NCBI GenBank assembly: GCA_943704425.1
Contig: CALSCP010002679.1
Location: 1-64,000, forward strand
Origin: Ministeria vibrans ATCC 50519
Lineage: Eukaryota; Protista; Filasterea
Direction of reading: 5' to 3'
DNA: 64,000 bases
Every line of letters starts with the position of its first letter. Position 1 is the first letter of the stretch. Made by a program: the position numbers and the translations under genes. Positions 12,000 through 21,799 of the stretch are shown in pieces. Under the pieces are notes generated by a model. It saw nothing but the letters and a program-made list of their open reading frames with translations, did no database searches and was not told the origin of the DNA.

Positions 12000-13326
12000 G
12001 AATAAATGAAGTCGAAAAGTTTACTCAAATAAGAAAGAGAGAATGAGAGAAAATACACATACAAAAGAGAGTAATACAATACTTCCGCCACAGACTAATT
12101 CCAAAAAGATGGGGCGCCCATAGACCCACAAATACGCTCTCACGACGAGCGTACGAAGAATTCGCAGAACACAATCAAACAATCAATACGAGAACACAAT
12201 CAGACAATACGGCGGTCGCACTGACACACAGATCAGACACGGACACGGCAGCAGCAGCGGCACGAAGGCCACAGAGCGCCAGGGTCATGAGCGTGCGAAG
12301 GCTCGGGAGCCAGTGCAGCCGGAGCGGAGGGGACGGAAGACCGGAGCGGGATGGCGCGGAGGCCACGGGCGTCTCGCACGCAACGGCGGCGAGCGGTCGG
12401 AACAGCACGGTGAGCGGACGGCGGGGCACGAGTCGGTGCACCTGGCCGGGGACGGGGCCGCGGAGAAGCTCAGCGCCGTACGCATGGAACGCGAGGAGCT
12501 CTCGGACGCGGGTAACTGGCCGGGCTAGGGTCGAGGGCAGGCGGACGACCCAGAGCGGGCAGAGGGTGGCGGCGGGGGTGTCGGCGGGACGCACCATACG
12601 TGTCGAGGACGGCGTTCTGGAGGTGGGGCGGGAGCCGGCCGCGGGTACAGCGTGTGCTCTTTTGACTCTCTGTATGTGGAAGTGCATGGGTTGGGGCCGT
12701 TGACATGTTCAGCGGGTTTGCTTTGTCTTTGGCGTGACGTGTCGCTCGATAAGCGTCCTTTTGTCAGGTTCACGACTACTGGGGAGAAGGGCACTGGCAG
12801 AACGCGAGTGACGGAGTCGATCGGTTGACAGGTGGGGCGAAGCGGGCGGCAGGACAGGAGCGGAGCGTTGCAGAGCGAGCTGAGAAACATTTGGCGTGAC
12901 GTGTCGCTCGATAAGCGTCCTTTTGTCGGGTTCACGACTACTGGGAGAAGGGCACTGGCAGAACGCGAGTGACGGAGTCGATCGGTTGACAAGTGGGGCG
13001 AAGCGGGCGGTAGGTCAAAGGCGGAGCGTTGCAGAGCGGGCTAAGAAACAAGACCAAAGTTTGCCAAGAAATGCAACCAAAGTTTGCAAGTTGTGTGAGG
13101 GACGAGAGCGCGAGAGGAGACGTTCGCCTTGGCCGGCAAAGGTGGGACGTGTATAGGGGCCAGGTGGGTGTGGGGCACGTGGGCAGAAGCGACGGGCGCG
13201 GGAGCGCGAGCGCAAGAACCGGGCCGACCGGCCGACCCTGATGCGCGCTGTCGACTTGAGGGACTCTGCCTAACGGTGACTGGTGTGGGACTGTGGGGCC
13301 GAAAAAAGATTATATTTTAATATAAT
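12000..13326 (-). mobile_element. Non-coding ~1.3 kb dispersed element (family B) with an internal ~163-bp tandem duplication
   Basis: Flanked by identical AAATAAAGTAGTAG (11986-11999, 13327-13340). Its left end (12004-12136) recurs at 27506-27613. Internal duplication ~12728-12890 / 12891-13050. Orientation is inferred. Confidence 0.55.
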
Positions 13327-13340
13327 AAATAAAGTAGTAG

Positions 13341-16328
13341 AAGAAGAAGAAGAATACAACCCATTTATTAATGATACAGTCACCACGCGAAGACACAGCC
13401 AGACCGCCTTACAAACTCAACCGAAACTCTAGAGGTAACATGGGAGAACAGTGGCAGGTCAGCAGTGCATGTGTCGTCGCTATCCAGTGAGGCAATCGCA
13501 ATGGTACGCCATACCCCCAGTGGGGGCTTAGGGCTCTGACACCAAGAGGTGTCTGTCGGCAAGGAGTGTGAAGCCGAAGTCGTGGTTGAAGCGGTCGGGT
13601 CGGCGGTCGGCGGCGGCAGGGTCCAGGTGGCTGCGGGGGCGCTCCCGTGGTACACGGGCGGGGCGGGTCGGCTGTAGGGCGGCTGGTGTGCTTGTTGTCG
13701 TGACTGTGTGTTAGATTATGAGGATAAAGATATGGATGGGCGGGGAGGGGGAAGAAACGGGGGGTTCAAGAGGGTGAATCACTGGGTGGCGTTGATGGCG
13801 ACGATGAAGCATCTGTACATCTCCCCCAGGGGATGAAATGCTTCATAGTGCGTGTCGTTGGTCGCGCGCAGTGCCTTGGCAAGGGTCTTGCCGACCAGTG
13901 AGTCGGGTCGATGTCGGAACACCGCTGGGTGAGCGCAGTGGAGCAGGAAGTGTTCTGGGCTCTCCAGCGGTGGTTGTTGCAGTTGTTGTCGTTGTTGTTG
14001 GGGTTATTGCTGTTGTTGCTGTGGCTGTGGGATGGCGGCGCACGCCCGACACCGGAACGTATCGACCGATGCGCCGGCGGGAATGTTGAAGCGCGCGAAG
14101 GCTGGGCCCATCATACCTCGGCTGATGCAGGTGGTGCCGGTGATGAGTGTGTTGCAGCGCAGCAGCAGCAGCACTTGCCCTGACCTCTTCGGCATCTTGC
14201 TCAGGTACTTGGATGTGTTAAGCGGGTTGCACATCCTATCTTTGAGCGGCGACGCGCTCATAGGTCCGCTGAGGCTGGGCGTGTCTCTGAGGCGCACTCG
14301 CCACTCGTTTGTAGACAGGCTCTCAGCCGCCTTCACGAGCTCGCCGTCCTTGACTCGGTCGTAGCGCAGGACCCGTCTCGCTGGCGCCCCGGCCGGCGTT
14401 GGGTGCAGCGTCTCGAGCGTGTTGAGGATCGACAGCGCGTGGAAGCGCTTCGTCGCTCTCGGAGCCGCCGCTGCTCTCTCCGGCGTGTTCGCCAGCAGTG
14501 CCTCGAACACCTGGGATGCCAGCGGCACCACCTCGAGGGTCGTGCCCCTCGCCAAGTGTTGGAGCAGGCCCGCTTGCAGCGCTCTCGCACGGTTGGCGAC
14601 CGGCTCAATGCCAAGCTCACCTTGCAGTCCCACCAGTGGTGCAAACTGTGGTGCGCGCGCGAGTCGTCTGAGGTCTTCGTTCTGCAAGAGGTTTAGCTCG
14701 TCGTACTTCCCTAAAGGCAGAACAATCGTTGCTTGGCCAAAGTCCATCGCACGCCTCACAGCCTGGACGTACACGTTCCGCAAGGCTCCCACGCGTAGGT
14801 CGCGCAGGAACACCCGCTGCCACACAGCGCGTGCCTTGCCGTACCTCTCCTTGATCCCTGCCGAGATTGACTGGGCGAGCCTGAGTCTGCGTATGGGTCG
14901 CACGCCCGGTTCCGGTGTGGGAGCCGTGAATGAGCCGTTGATCCAGAGGCCAAGGTACTTGAAACCCTTCTGGTCGTCGACACGCCTGAGCGTAGCGCAC
15001 TGGGTCACGCGCCAGGTCGACCGGATTCCGGCCGATCACCTGAACGTAGCTCTTCGCGCTGTTCACCACCAGTCGCCAGGTGCGACAGTAGTCCTTGATG
15101 TAGTCCAGCGCTGCATTTGTGTCCTCGACTGTGTGGTTGATGAGCACCAAGTCGTCGCTGAACATCATCTCGGCCGCGCGCACACCCGCCACTGACGCTA
15201 CCCCGCCAGTTTTGGGGAGGGCTCGCAGGCATCTCAGCAGATCGTCGATGTAGAATGTGAACAGTAGTGGACTCATGCAGCAGCCCTGTCTTACACCCAG
15301 GGGCAGGTGGTATTTGGCTGAGGCCGCCTCGCCGAGCTGCACGTAGGATTGAGCGTCTTCGTAGAAAGCCCTGACCATTGCTACCGTCCCCGCTGACGCC
15401 CCTGCTCTGAGTAGCTGGTAGTAGAGACCCGGCCGCCAGACTGAGTCGAACGCGCGGCGTAGGTCCACCATCGTCACGACCGCACAGTCGCGCCTCTGCG
15501 TGTCGCATTCCATGACAAACTCGTTTCGGACGAACAGGTTGAACTCCGTGCCCTGCCAGGGTTTGTACGCCGTCTGGGCCGACGACAGGACATTGTTGAG
15601 CACACATGCCATGCGTTGAGCATTGATCTTGGCTAGGATCTTGGCCAGGGCCCGCAAGATGGTGATCGAGCGGTACTGACTGGCCTTGCAAGCTTGGACC
15701 GGTCGCCCCTGTCCTTGAGCAGAGCGATGACTCTCCCCAGCTTCCACTCTGCCGGCAGTCTTCCAGACATCAGCATGAGGGTGTAGAGCAGGGCCAGGGC
15801 CTCCCGGACTGGCTCGCCTCCGTATTTGAGCAGCTCAATGGGCACGTTGTCGTCTCCGGGGGCCTTGTCGTTGTGGAGTTTCTGGAGTGCCATTTTTACT
15901 TCTATTGGCTCGACCGGCTTCGTCAGCTCCAGAGACGAGAGAGGCTGTTGGTTGGCGTGTAGGGCTTCAGTTGATGTTGCAAAGGGCGGCAGGAAGGGGG
16001 TGTGCGGTGGCAGGGCGCGCGCCGCACGACGGTTCTGCATCTGCGCGAGCAGATGTCACCCGCTGTCATGGCGCGTCTTGCGATATTCGCTGCGTCCAGC
16101 TCCTCTTCGACGAAGTCTTCGAGATCTCGCGCGAACACCTCGTCGAAGCGGCCGCCGGCCGCGCCTGCCTGCACCCCATCCGCTGCCACATTCGCAAAGG
16201 CATCCGCGAGAACCTGCGCACCGTCTGGGGCATTCGTGATCACGGCTCCCTCGCCACCCGGTCCATCTCTGAGACCGCCTGGGTTGAGAATGTCATCAAG
16301 TTTGCTTCCTCTACCATTGGAATCGCCC
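13341..16328 (-). mobile_element. 5'-truncated, frameshifted non-LTR retrotransposon (family A, copy 1): RT, CCHC zinc knuckle, ~375-bp 3' UTR, (TTC)n tail
   Basis: KAPGDD, YRSITIL..LAKI, VDLRRAFDSV, GVRQGCCMSPLLF, MFSDDLV, FKYLG and CRAC..ESPEHFLLHC are spread over four reading-frame segments; there is a premature TAA in a polyQ tract; the inferred original ORF end is ~13716. Confidence 0.92.
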
Positions 16329-16342
16329 AAATAAAGTAGTAG

Positions 16343-16806
16343 AAGAAGAATACAACCCATTTATTAATGATACAGTCACCACGCGAAGACACAGCCAGAC
16401 CGCCTTGCAAACTCAACCGAAACTCTAGAGGTAACATGGGACAGTGGCAGGTCAGAAGTGCTTGTGTCGTCGCTATCCAGTGAGGCAATCGCAATGGTAC
16501 GCCATACCCCCAGTGGGGGCTTAGGGCTCTGACACCAAAGGTGTCTGTCGGCAAGGAGTGTGAAGTCGGAGTCGTTGTTGGATGCGATCAGGTCGGTGGT
16601 CGGCGGCGACGGGTCCAGGTGGCTCCGGTGCGCTCCTGTGATGCACAGGAAGGGCAGGTCGGTTGCAGGGCGGCTGGTGTGCTTGTTGTCGTGACTGTCT
16701 GTTAGATTATGAGAGTAAGAGATACGGATGGGTAGGGAGTAGGGGGAAAAACGGGGGGTTCGGGAAGGTGAATCACTGGGTGGCGTTGATGGCGACGATG
16801 AAGCAT
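16343..16806 (-). mobile_element. Family A copy 2: 3' UTR plus the end of the ORF only
   Basis: High-identity match to ~13341-13812 (aatacaacccatttattaatgatacagtcaccacgcg...ggcgacgatgaagcat). Confidence 0.9.
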
Positions 16807-16835
16807 TGTCTGCCTCCGGTGCGTTTGTGTCGTAG

Positions 16836-17251
16836 GAATGTCTGATGAACTGCGGGAAATTTTGACACGCATGCTCGATAGCAACATGCATGCGAGAGTG
16901 CCGATTCGCACAGTGCTCGAGACGGAACGTATTGCAGCGCAGATTGAGCCGATGGCGAGTGGGGGCTGGAGGCGGAAGGACACTGGCCAGTGGGCGGTGA
17001 CTTTGGCTGCTCAGCGGGCAGTGCAATGTGTGTGTCAGGCGTGTCGTCGCATCTGGGCTCCGCTGGTTTTCACGCTCCGGCTACAAGTCACATCCGGTTG
17101 CACGGCAACAACGCAGCGCTACTACCACCACATCGACGCACTCTTCGATTGCATCATACGCATCGCGAGGGGGAGCACCCGTGGCCACGTCGAGTCCGGG
17201 CTTCCGCACTGCACCCTCGCCTCTGGACGCCAAACGTGTGCGTCCATTTAA
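16836..17251 (+). pseudogene. Possible orphan 3' exon of a protein kinase
   Basis: After a TGTCGTAG acceptor, MSDELREILTRMLDSNMHARVPIRTVLE resembles kinase subdomain XI (L..ML..xP..R...VL). No upstream kinase exons are visible. Confidence 0.3.
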
Positions 17252-17740
17252 TGCCTTTGAGGGATTCGCCGACGATGATGATGACGATGAAGATGGTGAT
17301 AACGACGATGGCGCTGCCTTTGACGACGACATAGACGTGTCCTACTTCAGAAGGCGCAACTCTAACCCGCCATCCGCCGGCCCTCTCCCCGTGCACGAGG
17401 TACCCACATGTCACGAAGCGCGCACGCCATATTCACATGCACTGACCTTACTTCCATCGTAGACACGTCTCCAGGGCGGCGCATGCGTGAGCCTATGCTG
17501 GGTACCCACGCGCGTCCCCGAAATCTACTCCTGCGCTTTGAAGAGGCCGATGACGATTGAACCGGCGGTTCTCATAACTGATCTGTGTACACTACAAGCA
17601 TTCTTTTATTATTATTATTTTCTTTTCCATTGCAAGAATATGATTAATACTCGTTTTATTTTGTTCATTGTGAAAGATTGTTATTGTTATTTGACAAACG
17701 TTGACGCGAGTTGACAAGTGTGACGCCAACGTGGAGAAGG

Positions 17741-18481
17741 CTACAAAATCACACAAGGATCGGGAGTTGCAGCCGCCAGCTCAGCTTTATATCGTTCCTC
17801 GAGCGCCCTTTGTTGGTCTTGAGCCCTCGACAACTTGACGAAAAAGGCACTTGTGACGGCGGCAACGGGGTCTTTTAAAGACGGTGTGGGTGACACCTGG
17901 CCGAAACGGATGGCGTTGAGGGGCACACGCTCGATGAAATCCGTGAACTCGCAGGAAAGTTCCGGTACGCAGTCGTCCTCGTCATGTAGGTCATGGTTAA
18001 ACCCGTGGAAGAACATATAGGTCGTATTTAGGCGCATACGACGAAATGTCGTCTTCACAACCGCTTGGCGCTCTGGCGATTCCAAAATGGACCGAGTCAC
18101 TTGGTTTACAATGATCCCGTACCTGACGCCAACTTCGGGCGCAAAAGTCTCCAGAACGAAGCGAATCGTGTCAAGGTCCTCGGGACTCAGGCGACCACAA
18201 TTCAGCTTGACAACGAACAGAAGGCGAATTCGACCCGTTCGGTTGAGCGCTGAGACGATTTGGCGTGCCGCCTGTTCGCGCATTGCCGTGTCAGCAAGGC
18301 CAGGAGTGTCAGTGTACGTGATCCCATTCGCCTCGTTCACATGGCTCTGTGTGCAATGCGTCAACCCGCCTCCAATTGATATTCCACTGCGAAAACGCGC
18401 GCTTTTGACCAGACCATTCAGTAGCGTGCTTTTTCCTGCTCCTGGATTGCCCAACACCACGGTATTCTGGTTGGTGTTCAT
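17741..18481 (-). CDS. AIG1/GIMAP-like (TRAFAC) P-loop GTPase with a short coiled coil and a C-terminal CaaX box, 246 aa
   Basis: GNPGAGKST (G1), DTPG (G3), G.R...D motif, and C-terminus DPCVIL*. Confidence 0.8.
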   Translation of the reverse strand: MNTNQNTVVLGNPGAGKSTLLNGLVKSARFRSGISIGGGLTHCTQSHVNEANGITYTDTPGLADTAMREQAARQIVSALNRTGRIRLLFVVKLNCGRLSPEDLDTIRFVLETFAPEVGVRYGIIVNQVTRSILESPERQAVVKTTFRRMRLNTTYMFFHGFNHDLHDEDDCVPELSCEFTDFIERVPLNAIRFGQVSPTPSLKDPVAAVTSAFFVKLSRAQDQQRALEERYKAELAAATPDPCVIL

Positions 18482-18950
18482 CTTCGTAATTCGTGTATCT
18501 GATTTCGATGAGGTTATAATAGATGGGGTTTGAAGTGGTGAAAAAGAGTGAGAAGAAAGAGGATGAACCTCAACCCAGAATTTTATAAACGCTCTCCTCC
18601 TCCTCTACTTATCCTCCAAACAGCGAGAGAGACTGAGACTGAGAGTATAAGAGTTAAGGAGTTCAGACTCAGATTAGATGCTGGAGTAGACAGTCCATGG
18701 CTGTACCAATTTGGATGACACCGAAGCGGCACTTTCGGAATTATTGATGCTTGGCGAAAAAGTCGACTTCCTTCGACTCGACAACTCGACCGAAAATCAC
18801 TTTTTTTCTCTCCTCTCTTCCACTTCCACCACCACAACGTCTCTTCAACGTTTAACCAACCAATCTCATTTGAACACTACTGTAAGCAGCGCTAAAATTG
18901 CAAAAGGTTCTCCAATTTTTCGTTTTCATAGTTTCCACACACATCCCATC

Positions 18951-19211
18951 ATGGCTTCAGTTTCTGTATTGCAAGATGTGATCGTCATTGGCGATCCTGG
19001 TACTGGGAAGAGCTCACTTCTAAACAGCATCGCGCAGAAGCCCATTTTCAAGTCAGGCGTGTCACTGGCGGCAGGGTTGACAACAGAGTTTCAGGAGTGC
19101 ACTGTTGAGGAATTAATGATGATTCTCAAGGACACGCCGGGCCTTCAAGACATTTCCCATGCCAAGGAGGCGGCTGTGCAGATTGCGCGTGCTTTCGAGG
19201 GCACGAACTAG
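18951..19211 (+). pseudogene. Truncated paralog of the AIG1-like GTPase (86 aa), divergently oriented
   Basis: GDPGTGKSSLLN..FKSGVS...GLT..DTPGL...EAAVQI aligns with the 17741-18481 protein, then stops at TAG 19209-19211. Confidence 0.75.
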
Positions 19212-19508
19212 AGTGCTAGACCTTCCAATCTCACTTCGCGTCTCGATTTACTCGAGTAAATTCGTGGTTTTTTAACGGCGTACTGAGTGAGTCTATGGTG
19301 TGTTAGAATGAAAGTTATCCTGTTTTTGAGAGCGAGTCTCACTCAGCGAGATCGCGCGATGGGAAAGAGAATAGTCGAGTGATGGGAATTTGAAAAGCCT
19401 CCGTACTGCAATTGTACTGTACTGCAAGTCTCCTCGCTGCGTGTCGTTTCGGTCGCGTGGGCATCAGGCAGTGTACTAGAGTTCGGGATATCACTGTTAA
19501 AACTGTAT

Positions 19509-19705
19509 CCAGTATAATAAGCGAACAACGACATGCGAGTGTGATCGGGCGGGCAGTTTAACAAAAAGATTGCATTTTTCCCCTACTACAAGCGCCCAGT
19601 ATAATAAGCGAACGAAAACTTGCGAGTGTGATCGGGCGCGCAGTCAGATAGAAGCTCTGTGTGCAATAAAACAAATAGATTGCATTTTTCTCCTACTACA
19701 AGCGC
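19509..19705. repeat. Imperfect tandem duplication of the SET gene stop codon and 3' flank
   Basis: ccagtataataagcgaac..tgcgagtgtgatcgggcg..agattgcatttttc..ctactacaagcgc occurs at 19509-19595 and 19596-19705. Confidence 0.85.
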
Positions 19706-20454
19706 TCGAGATCGAGTCCGTACTTTTGAGAAACATCGAGCATGATCTGCAGGAATTTTTGAGGCATTCTCGCGAGAGCACCCTCATCCACACACAGGTC
19801 CGTACAGCCGAGCCAGTAACTTGAACCATAAGCGACAAACACCTCCTTGTCGCGCTTAATCGTGCGATGCGTCACCAGCGTTACCAGCCCTGTGCGCTTG
19901 TCTTGCTGTAGAAGAGCGTTCGTACCCGGTCCCGCTCGTATGGCGTACTCAACGATCGCTTTCTGAATGCGTGTAGTGTCCCCCACACGAGGAATTCGAG
20001 CGAAGCACTCTGGACCAGCACTGTCGTTGGCAACATGCGCGAGTAGACGAGGGTTGGCGTAGTTGCGGGGTTGGAGAGGCGCAATGTGGAACCGTTTCCC
20101 ACCGAGGTACACGTTGTGCGTATATTCGGGAGCTGTCGGAATCGCGACGGCGAAGGCGGGCTTGTCGCGCTGATAGACCGGCACCCAGCTCGAGCATCCG
20201 TTCACGATCCGCCCGGCCATGTCGCCTGGATAGTGCGTAAGACGAGTGCCGCTTGGGATGTCGGCGACTGCAAATAGGCCCTTGCCCTTGCCTGGGGAAT
20301 CACGCACCTCAACGAGGTGTGGCTCGCACGGAGACGCTGCCGCCTGCCGCTGGATAGTTGCAGCGTAGATCTTACACAATAGAGCTTCGTCCTGCGCCCT
20401 TGCGTACTCGACGGGACTTCGTAAGAACAAGCCCGCCTCATAGCTCACCATCAT
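19696..20454 (-). CDS. Stand-alone SET-domain lysine methyltransferase, intronless, 252 aa
   Basis: VEVRDSPGKGKGLFAVADI, AHVAND, NA, RTIKRDKEVFVAYGSSYW. Confidence 0.85.
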   Translation of the reverse strand: MMVSYEAGLFLRSPVEYARAQDEALLCKIYAATIQRQAAASPCEPHLVEVRDSPGKGKGLFAVADIPSGTRLTHYPGDMAGRIVNGCSSWVPVYQRDKPAFAVAIPTAPEYTHNVYLGGKRFHIAPLQPRNYANPRLLAHVANDSAGPECFARIPRVGDTTRIQKAIVEYAIRAGPGTNALLQQDKRTGLVTLVTHRTIKRDKEVFVAYGSSYWLGCTDLCVDEGALARMPQKFLQIMLDVSQKYGLDLERL

Positions 20455-20914
20455 CTCTCTGCTCTTCGAAAAGTTTGCTGTAACTCTCTATAATCTGTTT
20501 TGCGGGAAGGAAAGAGGAAGAGAGAGAGCATGAGAAAGGTTATCGAGAGCGAGAGAAGGTGCGTGACAGGTGCGAAACAGCAAAAGAAGCGGTGTTGTCC
20601 TCAACAAGAATATGACAGCAGATGGGCACGCCTACGTTGTACGTGCGGTGGACCGGCAGTTTTCCTGGTGGCTCTCCCACTGTTCCGAAAGCTGGGCTTA
20701 CGGATCGCGCCCAGTACGGAGTAAGGTGCGAGTTTGATGTTCATCATTCGTTCATACGGAGTAATTAAAATATACAAACTGCTCATGAGCCAGTGATATC
20801 ACGCAGAGAACAATTGAGATGCGCCGCAGGTTCTTTTGACATCTGCTGGTCAGATTGCAAGCGATATATATATAAAATAGTGAGCAAGGCAAGCGTGACA
20901 CGAACAACGATTGG

Positions 20915-20969
20915 ACATCTTCGCAAAATTCGTTGTTGGCGCATGGGTTGGGGTCGCACTCATCAATGT
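20915..20969 (-). other. EGF-like coding fragment emerging from the assembly gap
   Basis: IDECDPNPCANNEFCED matches the start of a calcium-binding EGF domain; anything upstream is hidden in Ns. Confidence 0.45.
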
Positions 20970-21753
20970 NNNNNNNNNNNNNNNNNNNNNNNNNNNNNNN
21001 NNNNNNNNNNNNNNNNNNNNNNNNNNNNNNNNNNNNNNNNNNNNNNNNNNNNNNNNNNNNNNNNNNNNNNNNNNNNNNNNNNNNNNNNNNNNNNNNNNNN
21101 NNNNNNNNNNNNNNNNNNNNNNNNNNNNNNNNNNNNNNNNNNNNNNNNNNNNNNNNNNNNNNNNNNNNNNNNNNNNNNNNNNNNNNNNNNNNNNNNNNNN
21201 NNNNNNNNNNNNNNNNNNNNNNNNNNNNNNNNNNNNNNNNNNNNNNNNNNNNNNNNNNNNNNNNNNNNNNNNNNNNNNNNNNNNNNNNNNNNNNNNNNNN
21301 NNNNNNNNNNNNNNNNNNNNNNNNNNNNNNNNNNNNNNNNNNNNNNNNNNNNNNNNNNNNNNNNNNNNNNNNNNNNNNNNNNNNNNNNNNNNNNNNNNNN
21401 NNNNNNNNNNNNNNNNNNNNNNNNNNNNNNNNNNNNNNNNNNNNNNNNNNNNNNNNNNNNNNNNNNNNNNNNNNNNNNNNNNNNNNNNNNNNNNNNNNNN
21501 NNNNNNNNNNNNNNNNNNNNNNNNNNNNNNNNNNNNNNNNNNNNNNNNNNNNNNNNNNNNNNNNNNNNNNNNNNNNNNNNNNNNNNNNNNNNNNNNNNNN
21601 NNNNNNNNNNNNNNNNNNNNNNNNNNNNNNNNNNNNNNNNNNNNNNNNNNNNNNNNNNNNNNNNNNNNNNNNNNNNNNNNNNNNNNNNNNNNNNNNNNNN
21701 NNNNNNNNNNNNNNNNNNNNNNNNNNNNNNNNNNNNNNNNNNNNNNNNNNNNN
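20970..21753. other. Assembly gap (N run); smaller 10-N gaps at 25142-25151 and 32927-32936
   Basis: Ns in the sequence. Confidence 1.
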
Positions 21754-21799
21754 CCACGAAATACATTTAAAGTTCAAAACAAAACATTTTCAGCGTCTT

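Noticed and set aside
13490-13540. U1 snRNA-like CCATTGC in the LINE 3' UTR
   Set aside because: No ACTTACCTG 5' end or Sm site, so the match is coincidental.
11986-16342. CRISPR-like reading of the 14-bp repeat
   Set aside because: The repeat is too short and non-palindromic, the spacers are kb-sized mobile elements, there are no cas genes, and the context is eukaryotic.
16841-16862. CTGATGA..GAAA hammerhead-like core (also TGATGAG..GAAAC on the minus strand at ~46545-46593)
   Set aside because: Stems II and III cannot be formed.
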